In this document: positions 30,832 through 41,155 of the stretch, piece by piece
Position numbering within the stretch: position 1 is the first letter of the stretch
Layout: each line of letters begins with the position of its first letter
Origin: a virus
Taxonomy: Duplodnaviria; Caudoviricetes
IMG/VR virus record: IMGVR_UViG_2740891861_000008
Coordinates: 1 to 64,000 of that record
Strand: one strand, 5' to 3'
DNA: 64,000 bases
Position numbers and translations under genes: made by a program
Notes under the pieces: model-generated
The model's database searches: none
What the model was told of the DNA's origin: nothing
What the model saw: only the letters and a program-made list of their open reading frames with translations

Positions 30832-31373
30832 GCCGCGAGCCGCTTTGCCTTGAGGGCGGCGAAGCTCTCGCCAGTTTCCACCAGCACCGCTTCCTGGCCG
30901 GTGAAAGATTGCCAGCGTTCGATGGCGACATCGACATAGGCCGGGTTCAACTCGACCCCGAAGCAGACCCGGCCGGTGGTTTCCGCCGCGATCAGCGTGG
31001 TGCCGGATCCCATGAAGGGCTCATAGACTGCCTGGCCGGGGCTGGAATTGTTCAGGATCGGGCGGCGCATGCATTCAACCGGCTTCTGCGTGCCATGCAC
31101 GGTGTCGGCGTCCTGATCCCGGTTGGCGATCTGCCACAGCGTGGTCTGCTTGCGGTCTCCGGCCCAATGGCCCTTGCCCGTCGCGCGCACCGCATACCAG
31201 CAGGGTTCATGCTGCCAGTGGTAATCGCCGCGGCTGAGCACCAGCCTGTCCTTGGCCCAGATGATCTGCGACCGGATGACGAAACCCGCGGCCACCAGGC
31301 TGTCGGCCACGGTCGCGGCATGCAGCGCGCCATGCCCGGTGTTTGTCAAAGGAGTTGTCGCCTGCTCTTGTTT

Positions 31374-32546
31374 TCAGGCTGCTCGTTCGACCGGCCCGGC
31401 CATGGGTCCGCCGCCGCCAGCTTGATGGGGGAGCGCGTCGGCGGACCCATGGCCTCCGCGCCCGGCATCTGGCCGTTCCGGGTTCAGCCAGACCGAGCCG
31501 ATGGGTTGCCAGTTGCGGGTCTTGCCTGACCAGCGCTCCGGGTGCGCAGCGCGGGCGAATTCATAGACCCGGTGGCGCTCGGCCAGCAGCGCCTTGTCCT
31601 CGCCGCGGTGGCGCTGGTCGGGGGTGACGAAGCGGATCGCGCTGTGACGGTGCTCGGTGTTGTACCAGCGCACGAAGCTCTGGACCCAGGCCCGTGCCTC
31701 GTCGATCGTCGCGAAGCCCCGGGTCGGCCAGCGGGGCGTGTACTTGCAGGTCCGGAACAGCGCCTCGGAGAACGGATTGTCGTTCGATACCCGCGGCCGG
31801 CTGAAGGACGCGATGACGCCCAGCCGCTCCATCGTCACCTTCATGGTGGCGCCCTTCATCGGACTGCCGTTGTCCGCATGGAGTACGAGCGGGCTGGTCA
31901 GGCACCGCTCCGACCAGACGGCGCGCTTGAGCACCTCGGCCGCGAAGTCCGAGGCCTCGCGCTCGTGGACTTCCCAGCCAACGATCTTCCGGCTGAAGAT
32001 GTCGACGATGAGATAGAGATAGAAGAAGGCACCGGCGATCGGTCCGGGCAGCCACGTTATGTCCCAGCTCCAGACCTGGCAGGGCGCCTTCGCCTCGAAG
32101 CCGGTCGGCGGTTTCTGGCGTGCCGCCGGTCGGGCGCGGCCCCGGCGGTGGTTTTGGCCGCGCTCGCGCAACACCCTGTAGATGCTGGATTCCGATCCGA
32201 TGTAGATGTCTCGGTCGGCCAGCCGGGGCACGATCTGGCTTGGTGGAAGACTTGCGAACTCGGGACTGGCACAGGTCGCCACGATCCGGTCGCGCTCCTC
32301 TTCCGAGAGTTTGTTGGCTGGCGCCGGGCGGTGCGCGGACGGACGGCGATCCTCGCGGATCCCGCCCTCGGGATCCTTCCAGCGCTGCAAGGTGCGGCGG
32401 CTCATCCCGAGTGTGGCGCAGGCGGCCCCCAAACGAGCTCCTGCCGTCGTCGCTTCGCCGATGAGGGCGACGATGTGCCGGCGATCCGAGGCAGACGTCA
32501 TTCCTCCGCGCCTCCCTCTGGGCCCCAGATCGCCTCGGCCTTTTTT
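31374..32546 (-). CDS. IS3 OrfB DDE transposase (OrfAB via -1 frameshift)
   Basis: WSWDIT, HADNG, SNDNPFSE.LF; slippery A-AAA-AAG at 32540-32546. Confidence 0.88.
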   Translation of the reverse strand, partial: KKGRGDLGPRGRRGGMTSASDRRHIVALIGEATTAGARLGAACATLGMSRRTLQRWKDPEGGIREDRRPSAHRPAPANKLSEEERDRIVATCASPEFASLPPSQIVPRLADRDIYIGSESSIYRVLRERGQNHRRGRARPAARQKPPTGFEAKAPCQVWSWDITWLPGPIAGAFFYLYLIVDIFSRKIVGWEVHEREASDFAAEVLKRAVWSERCLTSPLVLHADNGSPMKGATMKVTMERLGVIASFSRPRVSNDNPFSEALFRTCKYTPRWPTRGFATIDEARAWVQSFVRWYNTEHRHSAIRFVTPDQRHRGEDKALLAERHRVYEFARAAHPERWSGKTRNWQPIGSVWLNPERPDAGRGGHGSADALPHQAGGGGPMAGPVERAA

Positions 32547-32998
32547 CTGAGGATCATCAGCGCCGCCGCCTCGGCCAGCGCCTTCTCCTTGCGCGCGAGT
32601 TCGCGCTCCAGCTGCTGGATGCGTTTCTTGTCGTCCCGCGTCTCGCGCGCGATCCGGCTGGTCGCCGCCCGTTCCCAGTCGTTGGCGCGCGCGCACGCTT
32701 CGCGCCACACGACGAGTTGCTCGAGGTAGATGCCACGGCGCCGGCAGTATTCGCCCAGCTCGGCCTCGTTCAGCGAGGCTGTCTCGATCACCGCCGCCAG
32801 CTTGTCCTCGGAGGTCCAGCCCTCAGGCCCGGCGTTGGCGTCGGGCAGGAACTGCCCCTTCGCTCGCGCCTCCGCCCGCCACTTGGCAAGCGTGGCCACG
32901 CTGATCCCCTCCTCCTTGGCCAGCTGGCCCAACGGTATCTTGTTCGGCGGAAGCATCTTTCCGAGAACCGCCGCCTTTCGTTCTGGTGAATACGCCAA
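32498..32998 (-). CDS. IS3 OrfA (HTH + leucine zipper)
   Basis: YSPERK...GIS.ATL.KW; LERELARKEKALAEAAAL..LRKK. Confidence 0.85.
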   Translation of the reverse strand: MAYSPERKAAVLGKMLPPNKIPLGQLAKEEGISVATLAKWRAEARAKGQFLPDANAGPEGWTSEDKLAAVIETASLNEAELGEYCRRRGIYLEQLVVWREACARANDWERAATSRIARETRDDKKRIQQLERELARKEKALAEAAALMILRKKAEAIWGPEGGAEE

Positions 32999-33860
32999 CT
33001 CGTTGTCCTGTCCCGCCCGCCTCAGAATACACTTGCGGTATCAGAGCGGGCGACAACTTCCCTGACAGAGGGGGTGCCAGACATAGGCGACGTCACCGGG
33101 GAACAGCGCCCACGCTTCGCGCCAGTCGGCGCGGTCGTCGTTCAGCACCTTGCCGGTGCGTTTCGTCTTCGCGGCCCCGGCCTGGTTGCGCCAGGAGGGA
33201 TCGTATTCGACGCCGTAGGGCGGGTCGGTGACCATCAGTAGGGGGCGCACATCACCGAGCAGATGCCCCACGACATCGGCCGCGGTGCTGTCGCCGCAGA
33301 TCAGCCGGTGTGCGCCCAGCTGCCACAGGTCGCCCGGCACCGACACCGGTGAGACCGGCAGCTCCGGAACGTCGTCCGCACCCTCGACCGGACCATCCCC
33401 GCCCAGCGCCTCCGGATCCCGCAACAGCGCGTCAAGCTCATCGTCGCTGATGCCGAGCAGGGTCAGGTCGAAAACCTCGGCCAAGAGCCCCGCGATCTCG
33501 TCGCGCAGCAGGGCCTCGTCCCATTCGCCCAGTTCCGTCAGCTTGTTGTCCGCGATCCGGTAGGCCCGGCGTTCGGCCTCGTCGAGATGGCTGAGCCGGA
33601 TCACCGGCACCTCGGTCAGCCCGAGCATGGTGGCCGCCAGCACCCGGCCATGGCCCGCAATCAGCTCGCCGTCGTCGGCAACCATGCAGGGCACGGTCCA
33701 GCCGAACTTGGCCATACTGGCGGCGATCTTCGACACCTGGTCGTCGCCATGCATCTTGGCATTGCGGGCATAGGGGCGCAGCCGGGCAATCGGCCAGGAT
33801 TCAACCTGGCTCGGCGCGAAGACGAGGTCCATGGGATGGGGCTCGGGATGTGGGGGACGG

Positions 33861-33898
33861 AAAATGAAAAGCGCCCGCGAGAGGTATCCTCCGGGCGC
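33861..33898 (-). terminator. Promoter-proximal intrinsic terminator ahead of late operon
   Basis: Minus strand GCGCCCGGAGG-ATA-CCTCTCGCGGGCGC-TTTTCATTTT; TTGACA at 33940-33945 upstream. Confidence 0.6.
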
Positions 33899-33996
33899 AA
33901 TTCTTCGATGATCAAGGGGTAGGTCAATAGGGGCAGGTCTGTCAACCTGAAAAGTGAAGTGGATTCAACGGCTTCTCAGGAACTGACTTTCCGGGG

Positions 33997-34142
33997 TGGC
34001 TTCCGGCCACCTGGCTTCCCCGAAGGTGGCTTCCCTGGCTTCCCGCCGGGAATCCACCATGGCCAGATCGTGATTCCGCAAGCCGCTGATCTGACTCAAG
34101 ATTTCCGGCTCCGGGTCGCAAGGTTGCTTCCGCCTGGCTTCC
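33997..34142. repeat. TGGCTTCC direct-repeat array (candidate cos/pac binding sites)
   Basis: Exact copies at 33997, 34012, 34027, 34036, 34135; variant TTGCTTCC at 34124. Confidence 0.65.
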
Positions 34143-34257
34143 CCGGTGAAAATGCCTCTCGCTAGCAAACCGCCGCGCTGCGCCCCCCCGCATACGTTCA
34201 GCGCCTGGGAGGAACCAGAGGAGGGGTTAGTGGGTGGGTGAATTCACCCAATCTAAA

Positions 34258-35280
34258 TCACGCCTTCGGGAGGCGAACTGAGAAAACAATCTCACGACAG
34301 CTTCCTTTCCCAGTCATTATCTCCCGTTCACCAACAGTAACATCTATAGAGCCATTAAAGCTGGTTACGATCTGACTGCACAAAAACAGTCCCAACCCTG
34401 AGCCAGAGTCACCTCGATCACGTGTTGCCTCACCACGATAACCACGTTCAAAAATCCGCTGCTTCTCGTACTCCTTAATTTCAGGTCCAATCGAACTGAC
34501 AGAGAACGAGATATTTCCGTCCTCTTCTGAAACACTTACGTCAATGCTTCCGTTGTGAGGAGAGTATTTAATTGCATTGTCGATCAGAATGTATGGTACA
34601 ATCTCAAGTATATCAGGGCCGCGAGATGTTGAATATGAGCTGCCATTCAAGGATATTTGAACGCCTGACCGCTCTGCCATTGGGCGAAATGATCTAACAA
34701 CCTTGTCAACCTTTCGGAAGACCTGAACATTCGTTTTCGCACGCTCTTGTAAAGGATCCCCAGAGAAGTCTATCATGTCCACCCGGATCCGAAGCATGCT
34801 CTGGGCTGCAACAATATTGTCGATCAGACGAATAGCGCCATTGTCTCTAGGTAGCGCCTGTATTGAAAGTTTCGCTTCCTCCGCTGCATGATAAATTACG
34901 CCAGATAGCCTGCGCATGTCGTGAACAACTAGATTAAGGTCATTATGGTAGCTTGCTGCAAAAGCTGCTTCCAGACTTTCTAGGGAAGCAACGTACTCTT
35001 CTATCCGCTTCACTGTCATTTGGGCTGGTACTGCAAGTCGGTTCTTGAATACTGCAAGGCTAGGGATCGCGCCTGGAAAGCAGAAACGTGTCCCGTCGTT
35101 GCCTATACGTACGAGTGCCATGTAACCAAAATCAATCTTGTGCCAGCCAGCTGTGCGAAGGGCGGCATAGGACGATATTTTGGATGCTCCTGCCAGGTCG
35201 GCTGGTAGATTGAAGATGGCGCCAGGGTAATACCGAAAGGAATCGTCCGGCTTTGAAACAACGCAGTCGAGTGCGAACAT
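34258..35280 (-). CDS. Soluble histidine kinase-like protein
   Basis: H-box VVHDMR, N-box LIDNAIKYS, F-box IFERGYR, G2 GSGLGL; no TM segment. Confidence 0.8.
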   Translation of the reverse strand: MFALDCVVSKPDDSFRYYPGAIFNLPADLAGASKISSYAALRTAGWHKIDFGYMALVRIGNDGTRFCFPGAIPSLAVFKNRLAVPAQMTVKRIEEYVASLESLEAAFAASYHNDLNLVVHDMRRLSGVIYHAAEEAKLSIQALPRDNGAIRLIDNIVAAQSMLRIRVDMIDFSGDPLQERAKTNVQVFRKVDKVVRSFRPMAERSGVQISLNGSSYSTSRGPDILEIVPYILIDNAIKYSPHNGSIDVSVSEEDGNISFSVSSIGPEIKEYEKQRIFERGYRGEATRDRGDSGSGLGLFLCSQIVTSFNGSIDVTVGEREIMTGKGSCREIVFSVRLPKA

Positions 35281-35972
35281 TAGCTTCCTGTAAATGCCCT
35301 AAAGATTGCGCTAGAGACGAGGCCGTTAATAACGTCGACCGCAAACTTACTCAGCCCTCGCTTGGCGGCGACCTCCGTTAAATCATCAAAGTTAGATTTT
35401 CCGGAGATAACAGATCTCACATATGCATCCTCCAGTATCAACAGGGCCTTGGTATCTATGCCATCGTCGACGAGAGATCTGCGAATGCGTAGCCATATCT
35501 TCCGTTGATCGGATGCATCTCTGATCAAGCTGTCGAGCGCTTGGGTCCACTCGTCATTGTCAGCATCTTTCTTGATGAACCTGTCAGCCAAAGCTATGGC
35601 AGCTTTTGCCTGCTCAGAGCTTGCAGATGCCCCTGAGTAGGCGGCAACCATTATTGATGGGTAATTGTGGCGTATCTCACGAATAAGCGTTGCGCCCTGC
35701 TTCCGATCGTCAAAATTCAGACCAACTCCCATCAGATCACAGAGTACAATGGGGTAGGCCGAAACTTCATCGATCTTCTTGATGTCACCGATTTCAGCAA
35801 ATCGATAGCCAAAGTTCTTTAATGTGCGGCCTGCATCAAACGATTGATCATCAACAACACAGATTTCAAACCGAGCTCGGCGATCCTTGGGGAGCGCCTG
35901 AGCAGTTGTATTCGCTACAGGCAGGTCTGCCAGCGTGCGATATCTACTAATTAAGCCTAAAGTCAATTTCAT
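35280..35972 (-). CDS. Response-regulator receiver protein without recognisable output domain
   Basis: VVDD, VLCD, AYSG, FIKK; TAATG coupling to kinase. Confidence 0.72.
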   Translation of the reverse strand: MKLTLGLISRYRTLADLPVANTTAQALPKDRRARFEICVVDDQSFDAGRTLKNFGYRFAEIGDIKKIDEVSAYPIVLCDLMGVGLNFDDRKQGATLIREIRHNYPSIMVAAYSGASASSEQAKAAIALADRFIKKDADNDEWTQALDSLIRDASDQRKIWLRIRRSLVDDGIDTKALLILEDAYVRSVISGKSNFDDLTEVAAKRGLSKFAVDVINGLVSSAIFRAFTGS

Positions 35973-36095
35973 CTTGTCGTGCCTCTGGCCTTGTTTTCGG
36001 TCTTGTGTGTCTGTCTATGGGCGATGATGGCATTCCAAGTGTTTCGATGGGTCGCGACTATTGCGTCACTATGACAGCATTGGTATCAAGCTTTC

Positions 36096-38606
36096 CTAAA
36101 CGTCACCAAGCTCGTCAAAAATGGCGTTCAATGTTGGGTTAGATGCTGCCTGTCGAACGCGGGACCTTACCGCTGTTTTGTTCAGCTCCAACCTAACGAA
36201 AGCATCGCCTTTCTTTCGGATAAGCTGAATTCGAGTAAAGCGGTCGCCATGCTTTTCCGCAAACTCAGCAAGTCCCTGCGCCTTGTACAGGTTATCAGCG
36301 CGACTGTCGTCATGCGGTTCCAGAATGTCGAAGACGAAATCCGTGCCTTTGCTCCTCACGATCAGCATGTCGGGGAACATCGGTTTCCAAGCTCCGCTCA
36401 CCTGGTAGGGGATCTCAAGAGACCAGGGCTTCCTGTCGAGATTTCGTAGCCATCCAACGAAGTCATCTCGGCCCATTTCAAGCTTCAGGACGTCAGCTTC
36501 CCAAGGGTTCAGGGTTGTGCGGAACGATCCATCATATTCGACATAGAGGTGATGGCTCCATGTGGGTTCCGTGGTGTCGCGGCGAAAATCGATGGTGTCC
36601 TGCAGCCGCCAAGGTGTGCTTGAGGGGGTGGAAGACGCTGATTTCAGCTTGTCGTACCCGGCGCGCACCTGTTCTGTAAGTTTGGAAATCGCATGTCGGT
36701 GTGCGTCATAGAGCGCTTCAAACTGAGCCTTCGACTTGTTCTCCAAAGCAGAGCGCGCTGCCGCAGATGCAGCCACGATGATTGCTTCCAGTTTCACCTC
36801 CTGACCGTCACGTTCCGCGTTTGCCTTTCGGTAAAGCTGGTGGAGGCCATACCCTTGTCCTAAGGTGCGACCTGCGTCTTCAAACTGTCGGTCGACATCG
36901 AGATCTGAGACCTCAACGGTGTAGTCCTCTTGGCCTTCCGCCATTCCGGTCACGCCCGTGACCATGACTGTGCGCAAACCAACCTTTGTAAGGGACTTGC
37001 GCGCCTTCTCGAAGTCGCCAGATGCTTTCAACACGGCAACCTGCTCGCCGATCCATGACACGGCGTCAGCTTTGGCACCATCCCAGGCATTTGGGTCGAT
37101 TCCATCCATCGTTAGTCGGCTTGCTATCGCCTGGTAACGCCGGATGTCGCTCTGTGCCCGAACCGCGTTCACGCGATAGGTGACGAGCTCTACTGCCTCG
37201 ATAGCCTCGAAAACACTCTCGGTGCCGGGTCGACGGTGCAGGGTGACAAGCTTCGTCCCCTCTCCTGTCTCGGCCGGAACGATATCGTCGCTGGTTTGAA
37301 GTGCTGTGATGACCTGCTCGACGGCCGCTGCATTGAAATGAGGCAGATAAAGGTGGACGTCGTTCAGCTCGGCCGTGCTTTCGATCCTGCGCGCCAAAGG
37401 CGTCCGAACCATGCGCCCGAGAAGCTGAGCGATGTAGGTGTGGTCCTGCGCGCTACGGAAAGACATCATGACTTCTGCCCGTGGGCAATCCCATCCGGTA
37501 GAAAGCGCCAGCTTGAAGAATACCACCGAGACGTCTGCGTCGTCGTCGATGCGAGAAGGATCGATGTAGCGGATTGCGCGGTCGCCGACCTTCAGGCCCC
37601 CTTTATCCATCAATGCATGCGCGAGCTCGGAGTCCCGAAGGGGACGGCCAATGCCATCTTCAACCGCCTTGATCGCGTCCGCCAGGTTGGTTCGGGTGGG
37701 TGCGCCATCTTCAATCTGGATGACGAGAATGGGTCGCACAGGCCTTTCGCCCTCGTCCTTGCAGTAGGATGCCCATTGGTCGGTCATGACCTGCCATCGC
37801 CGTGCCGCCTCTTCAAGGATGCCCATTTCGGCATTCGTCGGGTTGGCGGGGTGGTGGATTAGGACACGCTCCTTGATCAGTCCGGACTTTTTCACATCCT
37901 CGACTGGCACTGGTACCTTGTGCTGGGTGTGGTCGGTGTCAGCCAGCAGCTCGTTGAAACGCTTGGGGGTTGCAGAGACGCCAATGATCAGCGGCATCTT
38001 CACCAGGCCGGTTTCCTTGTTGCCTTTGATGAACTGCTGAACGATCGTTTGTGCCGTTGCGCTGCCCTTGCCAGTGGTCATCCCACGATGGGCTTCATCG
38101 ATCACCACATAGAACCTGTCCGGGATCGCGCGCGCGGTGTTCGTCAGCGTTGTCCAGATAGAATAGCTGCGCCCATCGCCGACGGTCGTGAGCAGCCGGT
38201 CGCTGGCCAGCTTTTGGGTGTTGATGAAATAGATCTTGCCACCGGCCAGGCGCTCTTCGTCGAAGCTGGCTGTGATCACCTCCAGCTGCCCGACCCGGTA
38301 GACCTTGTCGGACTGACGTTCGATCTTGAGCTTCGTCTGCTCATTCAGCTCGGGCATGTCCGACACCCAGAGGATGACCGCATCCGGCTGGGGTACCCAA
38401 TCCAGCGGCCAGTCCAGCTGTTCGTCGGGCTGGTCGAGGATCGCCTCGAACAAGGCCGTCATGATGATCGTCTTGCCGCTTCCTGTGGGCGCGGACAGTG
38501 TGATGGCCTGCGGGGCTTCAGGCGACGCCGCGGGACGGGCCAGCATCAGCCGCTTTCGAAGGTTGTGCAGGGCATCCTTCTGGAAATCGAACAGTTCAAT
38601 CTTCAT
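36096..38606 (-). CDS. res: Type III R-M-like Res subunit (SF2 helicase + nuclease)
   Basis: APTGSGKT, IDEAH, GWDCPRAEV, QLLGRMVR; C-terminal PD..ILEPH. Confidence 0.82.
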   Translation of the reverse strand: MKIELFDFQKDALHNLRKRLMLARPAASPEAPQAITLSAPTGSGKTIIMTALFEAILDQPDEQLDWPLDWVPQPDAVILWVSDMPELNEQTKLKIERQSDKVYRVGQLEVITASFDEERLAGGKIYFINTQKLASDRLLTTVGDGRSYSIWTTLTNTARAIPDRFYVVIDEAHRGMTTGKGSATAQTIVQQFIKGNKETGLVKMPLIIGVSATPKRFNELLADTDHTQHKVPVPVEDVKKSGLIKERVLIHHPANPTNAEMGILEEAARRWQVMTDQWASYCKDEGERPVRPILVIQIEDGAPTRTNLADAIKAVEDGIGRPLRDSELAHALMDKGGLKVGDRAIRYIDPSRIDDDADVSVVFFKLALSTGWDCPRAEVMMSFRSAQDHTYIAQLLGRMVRTPLARRIESTAELNDVHLYLPHFNAAAVEQVITALQTSDDIVPAETGEGTKLVTLHRRPGTESVFEAIEAVELVTYRVNAVRAQSDIRRYQAIASRLTMDGIDPNAWDGAKADAVSWIGEQVAVLKASGDFEKARKSLTKVGLRTVMVTGVTGMAEGQEDYTVEVSDLDVDRQFEDAGRTLGQGYGLHQLYRKANAERDGQEVKLEAIIVAASAAARSALENKSKAQFEALYDAHRHAISKLTEQVRAGYDKLKSASSTPSSTPWRLQDTIDFRRDTTEPTWSHHLYVEYDGSFRTTLNPWEADVLKLEMGRDDFVGWLRNLDRKPWSLEIPYQVSGAWKPMFPDMLIVRSKGTDFVFDILEPHDDSRADNLYKAQGLAEFAEKHGDRFTRIQLIRKKGDAFVRLELNKTAVRSRVRQAASNPTLNAIFDELGDV

Positions 38607-41155
38607 GCGACGCCCCCGATGCCAGCAGCGGCATCTTCCGCCCGCGTATTGATTGTAAAGTTCACGAGGTAGTCCCGGTAGAGCTGAACGAACTCGACGT
38701 CCGGGTTACGGGCGATCAAGGCGATGCGCAGTTCCCCTGAAATCGCTCGGAAGGCCTCCTCTGCATCCGTCACGACGTAGACATGCCGCAGTGCTTCCCT
38801 GGCCAGCAGGGCTTCGCGAAAAGCCGTCACGCGTGTCTCATTCAGCAAGACTGCGAACGGGCTGCTTTCCGGAACGAAGACATCCGGCAAGGGGCCTTCA
38901 GGCAAGGTAGGCGACGGGCCGATGGCCCCCGACTTCATCCACAGTAGAGGCAGGATTTCCCTGAAGGCCGCACCAAGCTCCACCCGGTCTTTGTCGAGGA
39001 AGTCGAGCTTGAAGTACGCGACGTTCGCAGGAAACCCTGCCGACATCGGGCGCTTTTCCTCATCCTGGACGATCAACGGGCCAAGCAGGTCATCCACTTG
39101 GGCCTTGAGAGCTTTGAACTGCTTCTCATCCCCGGCAACTATATAGAAATCAGAAATGTGGTCTTTGTCCTCCAAAGCCTCCAGCCACTCAGCAGCAGCA
39201 TCAGGTTCGAACAGGACGGACGCCGTGTGATCTTCGGATACAATGAATCGGCAGCCAAGAGTGACACTGCTCTGAGGTAGTGCCTCGATCATTGCGACAA
39301 GTGCTAGCTTCTTCTTGTGCGCAGCTCTGTGAGCTTTCTTCGCGGCTGCTCCCTGTAAGCCAGCTTCAACGATCAAGTCACTTGGAGACACAAAAGCCGC
39401 GTGGCGGTACGTCCTGCGCTTCTCTTTCTCAACTAAACGACCGGTGAGAAACTCGCCGCTTAATTCGGACCCATCGTCGCGTTTGCCAAGGACCGTGAAT
39501 TTCGTTCGTGGCCAAGTGACAGATCGGCAAACGCCGTGGCGCTCCCATTTCACATGCCCCGGGTCAAATCCGTCGTTTGAAAGCGCTGCTGCCTCCTTGG
39601 CCGAGACTTCATTGTTGGTGACCAGCAAGCAGCGTCGATTGCCTTGATCAATATCATTGATCAATGTGACCGCATTCAATGTGGTACCGCTTCCAGCGAA
39701 GAAGTCGACAATTAAGGCATCCTTTCGATCGCCAATGATTGGTAGCAAAGAATCTCTGACAGCGTAGACTGACTTTGGAAATGCAAAGATGCCGCGCTTA
39801 TTCAGCACTTTGTGCAGCAGAGTCGTTCCGTGGGTTCCGGCGTCGTGTAGCGTATCCCACCATACAGTCTTGACCTTTGTCTTGTTCGGCTTTCTTTCCC
39901 ATATATTGATCGTCCACGTCTTTTTCTTCTTGTTGAACTTTCCTAGAACGACACGCTCTGAGTCTATCAATTCCTGCATTTTGGGGGATACAAAGCGCCA
40001 GCAGCGATGATTTCCATCATGGTCGATCGGCCAAATTGGCTTCAATCCGTCCGGATCAAGGGAAAAGTCAGGCTCTTGGCCGAGTGGAATACTTGGCCCA
40101 GTCCGAACTACCTTTCCTGCCGACTCGTCAATATATATTGGATAGAATTGGTTCCATCTTTGATGCCGATAGCTCGATTCGCTACCCCGTCGTCTTGCAT
40201 GCCTCTTTTCCCAAAGATGTGCAAAAACAGGATTCAAGTGTGACCGGTCTGAGGCGTCGATTGTTACTTCTTCGTCAACATCCTCCTCAGATTCATTGCC
40301 TTCCTCATCGGCAGCGTGATCTAGGGAGATGCCTTGTGCAACGCCGCCTTCGACGTTAGGGAAGCAATAGATTGCCTGTTCTTCGACGCGAGCAAAGTTG
40401 GCTTTTCCAGTTCCCTTCGGATTGATCACAATCGTTACCATTTGCCGGAGATACTCAGGGAAGCACTCTGAAAGCAAAACGCCTAGGTTGAAAAGCTCGT
40501 TTTCATCGATTGTGACAATCAATACGCCGGTCAAGGGCTTTAGTAATCGCTTAGCAAGTTGAAGTCGCTTTTGCATCATTGACAGCCACTTGCTATGTCT
40601 CCAGCTGTCCGCCCGATCCACGAAATCGTTATTGTACTTCCAGTCGCGCGCGCCAGAGTTGTATGGCGGATCGATGTAAATGCAGTCTACCTTGCCCGCG
40701 TAAAGGTATTCCAGAAGCTGCAGTGCGTGGTAATTGTCGGCCTCAATCAGCGTGTGCCACGGCGCATCGGCTGGGCCGTTCTGCACGGCGTCCATGGGCG
40801 TGAGGGTCGGAAAGATCGGGTCTCCGAATTGCTTGACCACCACCAACTCAGCGACTGGCAGGGTCATCCTTTCCCCTGCGCTTTCCTTGTCACCCGCCTG
40901 CCGCGGCTTCATCAGATGCGCGGTACCGCCTTCAATCCGTCGAACGCGCCAGGTCTCGTTCAATGATCCGGAGCGCTTCGCGACCAGGTCACCCTTCCGA
41001 GGCTTGGCGCTGTAGATGGGAACCACCTCAGGCAGGTGTTGTTCGAAGACCAGTCCGAACTTCTTGTGCCGTGTCGCGGCCTCCCATTCGCGCGTGATGC
41101 GTTCCCGCAGCTTGGGGTCAGTGATCTGGTTCAACAGGTCATGTATCGCGGCCAT
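38603..41155 (-). CDS. mod: Type III R-M-like Mod methyltransferase
   Basis: FGLVFE, IEADNYHAL, IDPPY, FPKS, DFFAGSGTT; ATGA overlap with res. Confidence 0.85.
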   Translation of the reverse strand: MAAIHDLLNQITDPKLRERITREWEAATRHKKFGLVFEQHLPEVVPIYSAKPRKGDLVAKRSGSLNETWRVRRIEGGTAHLMKPRQAGDKESAGERMTLPVAELVVVKQFGDPIFPTLTPMDAVQNGPADAPWHTLIEADNYHALQLLEYLYAGKVDCIYIDPPYNSGARDWKYNNDFVDRADSWRHSKWLSMMQKRLQLAKRLLKPLTGVLIVTIDENELFNLGVLLSECFPEYLRQMVTIVINPKGTGKANFARVEEQAIYCFPNVEGGVAQGISLDHAADEEGNESEEDVDEEVTIDASDRSHLNPVFAHLWEKRHARRRGSESSYRHQRWNQFYPIYIDESAGKVVRTGPSIPLGQEPDFSLDPDGLKPIWPIDHDGNHRCWRFVSPKMQELIDSERVVLGKFNKKKKTWTINIWERKPNKTKVKTVWWDTLHDAGTHGTTLLHKVLNKRGIFAFPKSVYAVRDSLLPIIGDRKDALIVDFFAGSGTTLNAVTLINDIDQGNRRCLLVTNNEVSAKEAAALSNDGFDPGHVKWERHGVCRSVTWPRTKFTVLGKRDDGSELSGEFLTGRLVEKEKRRTYRHAAFVSPSDLIVEAGLQGAAAKKAHRAAHKKKLALVAMIEALPQSSVTLGCRFIVSEDHTASVLFEPDAAAEWLEALEDKDHISDFYIVAGDEKQFKALKAQVDDLLGPLIVQDEEKRPMSAGFPANVAYFKLDFLDKDRVELGAAFREILPLLWMKSGAIGPSPTLPEGPLPDVFVPESSPFAVLLNETRVTAFREALLAREALRHVYVVTDAEEAFRAISGELRIALIARNPDVEFVQLYRDYLVNFTINTRAEDAAAGIGGVA

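Larger units (their letters stand above)
31337..33074 (-). mobile_element. IS3-family insertion sequence, 1738 bp, with subterminal IRs
   Basis: TGCC duplicated at 31333-36 and 33075-78; 25-bp IRs (21/25) at 31344-68 and 33043-67; orfA/orfB. Confidence 0.88.
30828..33832 (-). pseudogene. ParB-N + N6-adenine methyltransferase interrupted by IS
   Basis: DPPY half 33075-33832, HGTQKP/EPFMGSGT half 30828-31336; removing the IS and one TGCC restores VAYVWHGALHAA. Confidence 0.9.

Noticed and set aside
33997-34142. CRISPR-like array
   Set aside because: 8-bp repeats with irregular short spacing; no cas genes
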